Positions 16,773-25,850 of a stretch of 64,000 nucleotides of DNA are shown here, one piece after another. The translations under genes and the position numbers were made by a program. This DNA comes from an uncultured virus (IMG/VR IMGVR_UViG_3300033142_001620) (Duplodnaviria; Heunggongvirae; Uroviricota; Caudoviricetes): IMG/VR virus record IMGVR_UViG_3300033142_001620. The stretch is one strand, 5' to 3'. The notes under the pieces are model-generated. The model searched no databases, was not told the origin of the DNA, and saw only the letters and a list, made by a program, of their open reading frames with translations. Position 1 is the stretch's first letter, and every line of letters begins with the position of its first letter.

Positions 16773-18231
16773 TGTTAATGTTGAAAAGCGGATAATCACC
16801 GGAATGATTGTATCAAAAGAGTTTATGCAAAGCATATATCCCTTGATTGATTTTGCTTATTTCAAAAGTTCATTCACAAGGAGAGTAGCTTATTGGGTTT
16901 ATGACTTCTACGAGGCATACGAAGAAGTGCCGTTTGATGACATCCAAAGCATATTCAACGCAGAAGAGCCAAAGCTAAAGGAAGAAGAAGCAAAACTCAT
17001 ATCAAAACTGTTGACTCGAATATCAAAGCGATATGCACAGGACAAAGGAATAAATTTACCATATCTATTAGACCAGACAGAACTTTATTTCAAGACAAGA
17101 GAGCTTGAAATAACATCTGGTAATTTAAAAGTCCTGTTGGAAAAAGGGGATATCAAAGGAGCAGAAGACCAGCTATCTTCCTTTAGGAAGATTCAAAAGC
17201 TTACCTCCGAATGGATAGACCCTTTTGATAATAATGAAATAGACGAAACATTTAACCAAATGGATGAAGAGTTTCTTGTTCTTCCGGGGAAGCTCGGAGA
17301 GTTCATAGGAAATTTGGAACGAGATTGGTTGATAGGCATATCAGGAGCATTCAAAAAAGGAAAGACATGGTTTCTGCAAGAGTTTGAACTTATGGGAATT
17401 TTGTGTAATTTAAAAGTCGCTCACTTCTCCCTTGAAATGAATAAACAACAAACAAAAGAGCGATTGTATAGAAGAATGACTGGTGGATATGAAGAAGGGG
17501 AAAGGCTCGTCTTTCCTTGTTTTGACTGTGTAAAAAATCAAGATGATTCCTGCGAGTTAGACCAAAGAGTGTGCGATGAACCAAGTCCAGAAAAGTTTAA
17601 TGAAGAAGACACTTATTTGCCATGTACTGCTTGTAGAAATGATGGAACAGACAACTACGAAACAGCGTCATGGGCAGAGATGTTGGATGCACCGTCGTTT
17701 GATGTTAGCTCAGTTGGAAGAACACTCGAAGCGTGGCAGAAAAGCTATAATGACTTGCTGCGAATTAAAATCTATCCGAGATTTTCTGCCAATATTTCAG
17801 ACGTAAAAAGAGATTTAGATTTACTGGAACAACTGGAAGATTTTGTCCCAGATATAATCCTAATTGACTATGCAGATATTCTAAAACCAGAAGAGGACAA
17901 TTCTGTTGGTATCGACAAGGAAGACAGAACATGGATTGCTCTTTCTCAATTGGCAGCGGAACGTCATGCCCTTGTCATTGCTCCGACACAAGTAACAAAA
18001 AGTGGTCAGGATGTTTCCCGACTAAAAGTAGAACATACTGCAAAATGGGTAGGAAAGCTTGCACATGTGGACGGAATGATGACTTTAAATCAAACAGATG
18101 AACAAAAGGAATCTGGCATTATGGGAGTGGGGTGGATGTTACACAGACACAAAAAATTTGATGCAAATGCGACTGTAACGGTATTACAAAAATTAATGGT
18201 AGGACAAGCAAACTTAGACAGCGAAATATGA
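16741..18231 (+). CDS. Replicative DnaB-like (SF4) helicase with Cys-rich insert
   Basis: GAFKKGKT, FSLEM, ILIDYADIL, APTQ, HVDGMMTLNQ. Confidence 0.88.
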   Translation: MPRLIKRKKTDVNVEKRIITGMIVSKEFMQSIYPLIDFAYFKSSFTRRVAYWVYDFYEAYEEVPFDDIQSIFNAEEPKLKEEEAKLISKLLTRISKRYAQDKGINLPYLLDQTELYFKTRELEITSGNLKVLLEKGDIKGAEDQLSSFRKIQKLTSEWIDPFDNNEIDETFNQMDEEFLVLPGKLGEFIGNLERDWLIGISGAFKKGKTWFLQEFELMGILCNLKVAHFSLEMNKQQTKERLYRRMTGGYEEGERLVFPCFDCVKNQDDSCELDQRVCDEPSPEKFNEEDTYLPCTACRNDGTDNYETASWAEMLDAPSFDVSSVGRTLEAWQKSYNDLLRIKIYPRFSANISDVKRDLDLLEQLEDFVPDIILIDYADILKPEEDNSVGIDKEDRTWIALSQLAAERHALVIAPTQVTKSGQDVSRLKVEHTAKWVGKLAHVDGMMTLNQTDEQKESGIMGVGWMLHRHKKFDANATVTVLQKLMVGQANLDSEI

Positions 18232-18599
18232 AAGGAGGTGAAGTGAAATACTTAATAATTTTTATTGGGCTGATGTGTGTTGGCTGTGCAACTGACCCTT
18301 GGACAAAAAATCAAAAAGTATTATATGGAGTGTCCTTGGGTTTGAAGGCTATGGATTATGGACAAACATTGGATATAGCTTCTAAACCAGAAAAGTACTC
18401 TGAAATAAATCCTATGGTGGGGGAACATCCCAGTCGGGGAAGAGTAACATCCTATTTTATAGGGTCTACTTTAGTCTATACTTTTATATCCCATGTATTG
18501 CCTTCAGACTACAGAACAGTTTGGCTAATAAGCTCTGTGGCTGTATCAGCGTATTTTGTTAATCATAATTACAGTATAGGATTACGAGTTAATTTTTGA
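18228..18599 (+). CDS. Putative lipoprotein or membrane protein
   Basis: Lipobox-like CVGC; DYGQT..EINPMVGEHPS. Confidence 0.65.
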   Translation: MKGGEVKYLIIFIGLMCVGCATDPWTKNQKVLYGVSLGLKAMDYGQTLDIASKPEKYSEINPMVGEHPSRGRVTSYFIGSTLVYTFISHVLPSDYRTVWLISSVAVSAYFVNHNYSIGLRVNF

Positions 18600-18632
18600 T
18601 GAGTACAAAAATATGAAAGGAGGTGAAATCGA

Positions 18633-18953
18633 ATGAAGGAATATTATTATTACATTAGAGATAAAGAAAATAAACCAACAATTACTATTTGTATTTTGGA
18701 AAGGGAAGTTGGTGGGGTTGCAAAAGGGGTTGCTCTTTGTAGCAAAAAAGATATTGTTTGTAAAAAGGTGGGTAGGAAAATTGCAAAGGAAAGAGCAAAA
18801 CATGCTATGTTACATGGTAAAGACAGTTGCCCAATTGGAATTAACTATTCCCGTATGCCATACGGAAGTTATTCATATTTTGAGGAAACTGGTCCCTTCA
18901 AGTCCTCATTTCTGCCCATATTAACAGACTATGAACAAAGTCTGTTTGAATAA
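18633..18953 (+). CDS. Conserved phage protein (G.A.CS..D....GRKIA..RA motif)
   Basis: AAGGAGGT SD; TICIL..GVALCSKKD..GRKIAKERA. Confidence 0.7.
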   Translation: MKEYYYYIRDKENKPTITICILEREVGGVAKGVALCSKKDIVCKKVGRKIAKERAKHAMLHGKDSCPIGINYSRMPYGSYSYFEETGPFKSSFLPILTDYEQSLFE

Positions 18954-19092
18954 AAGTGGTACTTAAAAACTGCCAAAACACGAAAAAAAATTAATTCGTA
19001 TATTTGGTAGGGATTGCAAATTTATTTTCGGGAGCAAAAGTCTGATATTGTTAGAAATACACACAAAAACACAATTTTTTCAAAAAAAGTGC

Positions 19093-19120
19093 TTGACAAT
19101 GCGCTGAAACGTGATATTTT
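19093..19120 (+). promoter_or_regulatory. Sigma70-type promoter
   Basis: TTGACA with upstream A/T tracts and TGA-TATTTT; same layout as 7372. Confidence 0.5.
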
Positions 19121-19187
19121 GTGTATAACTCGTAAAGAGAAGTTAAAAAATGCAATTAATATCAACACAATTAAAGGAGGTAGAATT

Positions 19188-19751
19188 ATGCCAGACATGA
19201 AAGCGGTTAAAGAAGCAATCAAAGCAATTAACGATTCAGGGGAAATTGAGCCTAAAATTAAAGTAGTTGGAACTTCCAACGAAGATTTGGTATCTCAATT
19301 TACTGAAGCAGTTGAAGCCCTTTCGGAAGCAAAGCGGGACATTCCTGATGTTGCCATCCTTGCTTACAACGCCATTGACGAAGCGACAGAACCGGAAGAA
19401 ACAGAGCCAGAAAAAAAGACTGTTGTTAAGCCGAAAGCGAAAGCAAAAGCGAAAGCAAAAGCGAAAGTCACTCCAAAGAAACCCGCATTGAAAGCAAAAA
19501 CAACTGCAAAAACAACAAAGCCTGCCGCTGCAAAATCCACAGTCAAGAAAGATGACTACGGATACGCAGTTGGTTCCAAAGCAAACCTGTTTGCCAAGTC
19601 CATCAGCAATAAAACAGGAAAGACAATGAAAGAGGTAAAAGAACTTGCATGGAATGATAAGAATGCCACTTTCTACGATGTCTTTAATCGTCTTGTCGAA
19701 AAGGGTCTCGCTGAGAAAGATGAGAAAACTAACAAGATGACGATCAAGTAA
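19188..19751 (+). CDS. Histone H1-like Lys/Ala-rich nucleoid protein with C-terminal wHTH-like domain
   Basis: True start MPDMK after AAGGAGGT; KPKAKAKAKAKAK linker; paralog of 74..559. Confidence 0.7.
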   Translation: MPDMKAVKEAIKAINDSGEIEPKIKVVGTSNEDLVSQFTEAVEALSEAKRDIPDVAILAYNAIDEATEPEETEPEKKTVVKPKAKAKAKAKAKVTPKKPALKAKTTAKTTKPAAAKSTVKKDDYGYAVGSKANLFAKSISNKTGKTMKEVKELAWNDKNATFYDVFNRLVEKGLAEKDEKTNKMTIK

Positions 19752-19924
19752 TGGAACGGCGCAAAACATCATCAGATAGAAGAGAAATATTCGGGCACTA
19801 TATTGCTCACGACCGACGGTCAGGAATAGTTGATCGTCGGTCGCTTTCTGAAAAGCGTCTGGAAAGGGCAATCTGTAATTTAATAAAATTCTCAAGGGTA
19901 TATTTTATAGATGAAAAAAACTAA
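19751..19924 (+). CDS. 57-aa Arg-rich peptide with ERR/DRR repeats
   Basis: TAATG coupling; MERRKTSSDRR..DRRSGIVDRR; not in the ORF track. Confidence 0.45.
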   Translation: MERRKTSSDRREIFGHYIAHDRRSGIVDRRSLSEKRLERAICNLIKFSRVYFIDEKN

Positions 19925-20894
19925 GCTTGTCTTAAAAAAGAAACCAAAGCTTGTCTTGAAGAAAAAAACAAAAGGATTCAGTGCTGAAGCCTTAGCCAAA
20001 TCAAGACAAATCAAATCCGAGTTCTTAATTGAGCTTGGCACAAAGAAAGTTCCAACATCCATCCTTATACATAATCGCACCGAAGTAATATCCAAAACAA
20101 CGGATACTTCAAGGAAGAAAAGAGGTGGTGGTTATGCTTTTCACTACAAAAAGAATGCAAGAACAATGCACAGCAATAAAAACTACACTCCGGGTCTTGA
20201 GAAGTCAGGACTCAAACTACAAGGAAGAACAAACACTCTCTCGGCATTTCCTCAGAATATAGGGAGAATCATCACAAAAATATACTGTCCTGAAGGCGGA
20301 ACAGTTTATGACCCATTCGCAGGACACAACAGCCGGATGGAGTTGTGTTATAAAGCAGGAATGAATTATATTGGTGTTGATTTGTGTCACGAATTTATGT
20401 TGAACAACATGGAAATGGCAGAAATCCTAAACAAAAGGAACAAAGAATCATTATTGCCAAGAAAGAACTTTATCAAATTATATGAAGGCAGTTCGGCACA
20501 TGTTCCTGCTTTCTCAAGTGAAAGTGCCGACTTCACGATCACTTCTCCACCTTATTGGGACATTGAATACTATGGTCCCGAAGAGGAGCAGTTAGGAAAA
20601 TCTCAAACATATGATGATTTCATTGATAATCTAATGCCACACGTTAAAGAAAACTATAGAATCCTCAAGCAAGGCGCTTACTGTTGCTGGTTTATTAATG
20701 ACTTCAGGAAAGATAAAGTATTCTACCCATACCACGTGGATTTGTACAGATTATTCATTGAAGCAGGATTCACACCATTTAATATATACATAGTTGACTT
20801 AGGAAATCCGGTGAATGCCGCATTCGTACAGGATATAATTAACAATAAAATATTACCAAAGAAACATGAATATATATTGGTGTTTAAAAAATGA
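19911..20894 (+). CDS. Amino (N6A/N4C) DNA methyltransferase
   Basis: DPFAG SAM-binding motif followed by TSPPY catalytic motif; HEYILVFKK. Confidence 0.8.
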   Translation: MKKTKLVLKKKPKLVLKKKTKGFSAEALAKSRQIKSEFLIELGTKKVPTSILIHNRTEVISKTTDTSRKKRGGGYAFHYKKNARTMHSNKNYTPGLEKSGLKLQGRTNTLSAFPQNIGRIITKIYCPEGGTVYDPFAGHNSRMELCYKAGMNYIGVDLCHEFMLNNMEMAEILNKRNKESLLPRKNFIKLYEGSSAHVPAFSSESADFTITSPPYWDIEYYGPEEEQLGKSQTYDDFIDNLMPHVKENYRILKQGAYCCWFINDFRKDKVFYPYHVDLYRLFIEAGFTPFNIYIVDLGNPVNAAFVQDIINNKILPKKHEYILVFKK

Positions 20895-21079
20895 AACCAA
20901 ATTTGACTGATATTATACAACACTTTAAAAAACAAGATGAAATGATTGAAAAGCAACATATGTTAATAAGGTTGCAAGATGCCATAATAAACAGACAAAA
21001 GGACGAAATGTCTCAAATGGAAAATTTACTTATAAAGGCACAAAAAGGAATAAAACAATGGAGCAAGGAGGCAAAATGA
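20891..21079 (+). CDS. Small coiled-coil protein
   Basis: ATGA overlap. Confidence 0.55.
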   Translation: MKPNLTDIIQHFKKQDEMIEKQHMLIRLQDAIINRQKDEMSQMENLLIKAQKGIKQWSKEAK

Positions 21080-21405
21080 ACAAAGCAAAAGCGTATTGTG
21101 ATTTATTGGAACTGTTTGCAAAGATGACAGACCCACAGTTGCAAACAAAATCAAACAAGAATGAACAGGCTAAGAAAAATTTAGGACAGGAAATGGTAAT
21201 AATTGGAACAAACATAGCTCTGTTTGGTTCTGATAAAGTAATCTTCAAGTACATTGATTGGAGAGTAACTGCAATGGGTGGCGACACAGTAAAGACGATG
21301 GATACCTTTTCTGTTTTGATGTTGGAAATGAGAAAAGATTTACTGGGCAAAAAAACGGAATTGGTAGCAGAACAAATGCTCGATACAATCTTGGCGGGGA
21401 ATTAA
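21076..21405 (+). CDS. Hypothetical protein
   Basis: AAGGAGG SD before MNKAK; EMRKDLLG motif. Confidence 0.65.
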   Translation: MNKAKAYCDLLELFAKMTDPQLQTKSNKNEQAKKNLGQEMVIIGTNIALFGSDKVIFKYIDWRVTAMGGDTVKTMDTFSVLMLEMRKDLLGKKTELVAEQMLDTILAGN

Positions 21406-21406
21406 A

Positions 21407-22465
21407 ATGAAAATAAAAAAATCCGAACTGCGGAACATCCTAAACAAACTGAAGCCGGTCTCGCTAAGGGATGATGTGTTAATTGAAAACTTCTTGGGGC
21501 AATTAATCTTCTCGGAACAGGAAATTGCCATCTTCAATGACCAAACATACATGTCATTTCCAATTAAGACTGACTTAAATTGTGTCGTTAGCTTTACGAA
21601 GCTATTAAATTTTATCACGAAGACCACTGGCAAATTTGTGAAGATTGCTGAGGATGAGGAGAAGGTAAAAATAATCTGTGGAAAGGCAAAGCTATCCTTG
21701 AACTCTTTAATGCTGAACGAAATTGACCTTGCAACAATCGAAGAGATAAAAGAATCGTTGGGGGACGACTCGTTGTATGAATTGCCAGAAGGATTCAGAG
21801 AAGGAATAAATGCCTGTGCATTCTCCGCAAGCAAAGACCCTTCCGATGGAGCGTTTGCTTGTATCTGTATAAATGGCAGCACAATAATGAGTTCAGACAA
21901 AACAAGAGCGAGTGTGTGGCAACTGGAACACCCACTATTAAAGACAAAGGAAAACATTCTACTCAACGCTGACTTGGCTCCAACACTAACAAAACTGGAA
22001 GCAACCCACTTTAGAGTATCAAAAGCATGGGTAATATTTATGGATGAAGATTCCTGTATGCTTGCAATGAGAAGAATATCTGGGAAGTACCAATTCAAAA
22101 CAATAATGGATTTAATAAACAACTTTCAGACAGAACAAACGATTGAATTGCCGAAAGAGTTCAACAGAATCCTTGACTTGGTAATTACAATGACAAGTGA
22201 AACAACATATCTTGATAGATTTGTACATATCAAGCTCGAAGACAACGAATTGATATTGTCCTCAAGCTCCGAGAGTGCTAATATTGAAGAGAAAATCAAA
22301 ATTGAATACTCTGACACTCCTATATTTATTTCAATCAATCCTACAGCATTACAGGACGCTTTGAAATTGGTTGGGGGTGCAGTATTAAACAAGGACAATG
22401 AAGACAGAAAGGTTTTGTTTGAGACTAAAAACTATAAGCACTTAATCATGTTGAAAAGGGCATAA
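21407..22465 (+). CDS. Sliding clamp (DNA Pol III beta-like)
   Basis: About 350 aa; SSDKTRA, ISGKYQ, ISINPTALQDAL and C-terminal HLIM resemble DnaN; upstream of polymerase. Confidence 0.75.
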   Translation: MKIKKSELRNILNKLKPVSLRDDVLIENFLGQLIFSEQEIAIFNDQTYMSFPIKTDLNCVVSFTKLLNFITKTTGKFVKIAEDEEKVKIICGKAKLSLNSLMLNEIDLATIEEIKESLGDDSLYELPEGFREGINACAFSASKDPSDGAFACICINGSTIMSSDKTRASVWQLEHPLLKTKENILLNADLAPTLTKLEATHFRVSKAWVIFMDEDSCMLAMRRISGKYQFKTIMDLINNFQTEQTIELPKEFNRILDLVITMTSETTYLDRFVHIKLEDNELILSSSSESANIEEKIKIEYSDTPIFISINPTALQDALKLVGGAVLNKDNEDRKVLFETKNYKHLIMLKRA

Positions 22466-22665
22466 TGGAAGAATACACCGTTGTATATATATCAGAATTA
22501 ACAAAGAAAGTTAACAAAAATAGAGAAGATGTATATAAAGCTATGAAATGGGGAAAAGCACCAAAACTTAGTGATGGAGATGTTAGAATGGTTGTTGAAA
22601 CAATGGATGGGTACCACTCTATGGATGGATACCACTCTATGAAGGAAATAAATGACAAAAAATGA
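22465..22665 (+). CDS. Hypothetical protein (internal 18-bp duplication, MDGYHS x2)
   Basis: TAATG coupling. Confidence 0.5.
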   Translation: MEEYTVVYISELTKKVNKNREDVYKAMKWGKAPKLSDGDVRMVVETMDGYHSMDGYHSMKEINDKK

Positions 22666-25300
22666 CCAATATGATTTCTTTGAAGAGGATGGGATAGACG
22701 AAGCAGACTTTGAAATCACTGAGTCGGCGGATGCTGAGTGTTATAAGTGTGGTCTCTATCGTAAGGTAAACTCTCCGAAGATGGAGCCAACAGGAAAAGG
22801 TAGAAAGAACTGTCTTATCGTAGCAGAGGCAGCAGGAAGTAATGAAGACAAAGCAGGAAAACAACTTGTAGGCAAAGCAGGACAAAAGAAAAGAGCAGAG
22901 CTTAAAAAGAATGGGCTGGATTTAGATATAGATTTTTGGAAAACGAACGCTTTGGCTTGTCGTCCGTTTGAAAAGACTGAACATGGAACAAAGAACAGAC
23001 CACCAACCAAAGCAGAGTTATCATACTGCCGTCCTCTTGTAACTAAAGCAATTAAAAAATATAATCCTAAGTTTATTTGGTTGCTTGGTGGAAAAGCGAT
23101 TCAATCCTTTTTCATGGGGAAGTTCAAGATTGTGACAGCAAACAGATGGAGAGGGCTTTGCATCCCTGACAGAGAAACGGGCGCATACATTTTACCAATG
23201 TATCATCCGTCTTATATTATTCGGAGCAGCAAGGATAAAAATCTTGTGTCCTGTTGGATGCGTGATGTAAAGAACGCTGCGGAGGCATTGACATTAGAGC
23301 CGTTTACATTTCAGGATGAGAATAAACAAGTTACCTGCTTGTACGATTTTGATTCTGTTTGTGATGTACTGGATGACATTCTTGAAAAAGAACCAGAACA
23401 TTTAGCATTCGACTATGAAGCAACTGGGCTCAAACCATACGCTCCCGGACACAAAATATCCACAATCTCTGTTTGCTGTGGGGACGAAGCCTTCTCTTTT
23501 CCTTTCGACTACAAAGACCATTGGTCTCCTCTGATGCTCAAACAGATACGAAAGAGATGGCGAAAGATACTACAAAATCCTGACATCGGCAAGATAGCTC
23601 ATAACATCAAGTTTGAGGATGTATGGTCATCAACATTATTGAACGTTAAAATCAAAGGATGGTCTTGGGATACGATGCTTGCTGCACACATTCTTGATAA
23701 TCGTTCGGCGTATACTTCCCTGAACTTCCAAACTTACATTAATTTTGGTGTCTTTCCTTATGATGCAAAAGTAAAAAGATTTCTAAAGTCCCAAAACTCA
23801 AATGCTTTTAATAAAATTGAACAAGCACCACTTGAAGACATACTTCATTACAATGGTTTAGATTCCTTGTTTTGTTACAAGTTGTTTAAAGAAAAACAGT
23901 TACCACAATTTGAAGAAGACTATATGATTGGTCCCACAGATAAAAAGAAGTTGATTGATGCATATTATTTACTACATGATGGGACGTTAGCTCTATCTAA
24001 AGTTGAGCAAAATGGCATATGTGTCAATGAAGAGTATTACAATTCCTTATCTACAAAAGAAGGAACAGGAGAGTTAGACAGGAAGATTGCCAAGCTTGAA
24101 AAGTATCTGAACGAAGGAAAAGAAGCCAAACTCTTCCGAGATAAGACTGGGAGAACGTTGAGCAACACTTCGGGAAAGGATTTAGGACAATTGTTCTACG
24201 ATATCCTAAAACTACCAAAGATATTAACAAGCAAAGGAAGTTACTCGACAGATAAAGATGCAATCGCCAAGATAAATTCACCATTCGCAGAGAAATTATT
24301 GCTCTTCAGAAAATTAGAAAAAGTTAGAGGTACATATGTAGCTCAGTTTAAGCGAGAGACATACGATGGCAAAATGCACCCCATGTCAAACTTAAATATT
24401 CCTGTGACATATAGACCAAGCACAGACAGACCAAACTTTGCAAACATTCCGAAGAGAGATGAAGAAGCAAAAAAATATACTCGTTCAGGCATTATCCCAT
24501 CAAAAGGATGGAAGATACTTGAGAGTGACTTTAGTGGCATAGAAGTTGCCACAAGTACTTGTTACAATAGGGACAGGAATCTAATAAAATATGTAACTGA
24601 TATAAAATCAGACATGCACAGGGATTCTGCTGCTGACTTGTGGAAGCTGAAACAAAAGGAAGTCACAAAAAAGATTCGGTTCTACGCTAAAAATCAATGG
24701 GTCTTTCCTGAGTTCTACGGAGATTGGTATGGCTCATGTGCAAGGAACTTATGGGACAACTGCATCAAACTAAAATTAGATTCGGATATAACATTAGGGC
24801 AGCACTTGAGAATGAAGGGTATCAATAATTACAATGCATTTGTAGAGCATTGCAAGGAAGTAGAAAGAGTATTTTGGGACGAGAGATTCCCCAACTATAA
24901 AAAATGGAAAGAAAAAATAAACAAACTGTATCGAAAGCAAGGATTCATAGAGACTTATCTTGGCTTTGTCTTTAGAGGATACTTGGCAAAGAATGATTGT
25001 ACTAACTATCAAGCACAAGGAACTGCCTTTCATATATTACTATGGACATTAATAGAACTGCTAAAAGAAATGGAAAAGCGAAAACTCAAGACAAAAATAA
25101 TTGGTCAAATATATGACTCGATTGTGAACGACTTGTATCCACCTGAAGAGGAAGAGATAATTTATCTTATCAATGATATTGGCACTGTTCGGACACGAAA
25201 AGAATTTGATTGGATTATTGTGCCACTCAATATTGACCATGAAATAACAGAAATAGATGGAACATGGTATGACAAAACAGATTGGAAAAAAGTCGCCTAA
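22652..25300 (+). CDS. Family A DNA polymerase with N-terminal family-4 uracil-DNA glycosylase-like domain and 3'-5' exonuclease
   Basis: UDG4: CYKCGL, AEAAG, LACRP, YHPSY; exo: DYEATG, HNIKFE, YNGLD; pol: DFSGIE, RFYAK..F..FYG, QIYDS. Confidence 0.92.
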   Translation: MTKNDQYDFFEEDGIDEADFEITESADAECYKCGLYRKVNSPKMEPTGKGRKNCLIVAEAAGSNEDKAGKQLVGKAGQKKRAELKKNGLDLDIDFWKTNALACRPFEKTEHGTKNRPPTKAELSYCRPLVTKAIKKYNPKFIWLLGGKAIQSFFMGKFKIVTANRWRGLCIPDRETGAYILPMYHPSYIIRSSKDKNLVSCWMRDVKNAAEALTLEPFTFQDENKQVTCLYDFDSVCDVLDDILEKEPEHLAFDYEATGLKPYAPGHKISTISVCCGDEAFSFPFDYKDHWSPLMLKQIRKRWRKILQNPDIGKIAHNIKFEDVWSSTLLNVKIKGWSWDTMLAAHILDNRSAYTSLNFQTYINFGVFPYDAKVKRFLKSQNSNAFNKIEQAPLEDILHYNGLDSLFCYKLFKEKQLPQFEEDYMIGPTDKKKLIDAYYLLHDGTLALSKVEQNGICVNEEYYNSLSTKEGTGELDRKIAKLEKYLNEGKEAKLFRDKTGRTLSNTSGKDLGQLFYDILKLPKILTSKGSYSTDKDAIAKINSPFAEKLLLFRKLEKVRGTYVAQFKRETYDGKMHPMSNLNIPVTYRPSTDRPNFANIPKRDEEAKKYTRSGIIPSKGWKILESDFSGIEVATSTCYNRDRNLIKYVTDIKSDMHRDSAADLWKLKQKEVTKKIRFYAKNQWVFPEFYGDWYGSCARNLWDNCIKLKLDSDITLGQHLRMKGINNYNAFVEHCKEVERVFWDERFPNYKKWKEKINKLYRKQGFIETYLGFVFRGYLAKNDCTNYQAQGTAFHILLWTLIELLKEMEKRKLKTKIIGQIYDSIVNDLYPPEEEEIIYLINDIGTVRTRKEFDWIIVPLNIDHEITEIDGTWYDKTDWKKVA

Positions 25301-25490
25301 GTTCAAAGTGAAAATGACAGAAGCATCGGCAATAAAAATCTTTGGAAAATATGCCAAATATATAGAGCTAAATCCCTCAGAAGGTTACTATGAAATTGGT
25401 GGCATAAAAGGATTGGACACAAGAGAAGTATTTGTTGATTGGGCAAAGCAAAGATTTAACTTGGACTGTAAAGGAGGTAGAAAAAAATGA
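25257..25490 (+). CDS. Hypothetical protein
   Basis: ORF within operon; start uncertain. Confidence 0.5.
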   Translation: MEHGMTKQIGKKSPKFKVKMTEASAIKIFGKYAKYIELNPSEGYYEIGGIKGLDTREVFVDWAKQRFNLDCKGGRKK

Positions 25491-25711
25491 ATGCAGGAAG
25501 AGCAAAGAAAATCAGACAGGAAATTGGTTACGATGTTGGAGCAGACAACATCATGGGAAGACAGTACGCTTGGAACGATCAGGAAAAAAGCAGAAAGGTA
25601 GGTAATAAAACAATTCCTTTCAGAGCAAGAACAAATATAGTTTGTACTGGAATAAGGAAAAGTTATCGAGGTATTAAAAAACGAATCAATAAAGGAGGTG
25701 TGATTAGATGA
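25487..25711 (+). CDS. Hypothetical basic protein
   Basis: AAGGAGGT SD. Confidence 0.65.
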   Translation: MNAGRAKKIRQEIGYDVGADNIMGRQYAWNDQEKSRKVGNKTIPFRARTNIVCTGIRKSYRGIKKRINKGGVIR

Positions 25712-25850
25712 CAGTAACTTTCAATTTGGGAAGTAAAAAGAATGTAAGAGGCGAAGTGGTCAAGGAAAATGACGAGACTGTATTAGTCAAACTATCTAAT
25801 GGCAAAGTTATAAAACGCCACAAAGAAAAGCATGATGTAGAGGAGGCATA

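Noticed and set aside
19014..19187. N-terminal extension of the H1-like ORF
   Set aside because: It spans the AT-rich promoter region; the strong SD precedes ATG 19188.
22603..22641. 18-bp tandem duplication (MDGYHS x2)
   Set aside because: A single in-frame slippage duplication with no wider pattern.
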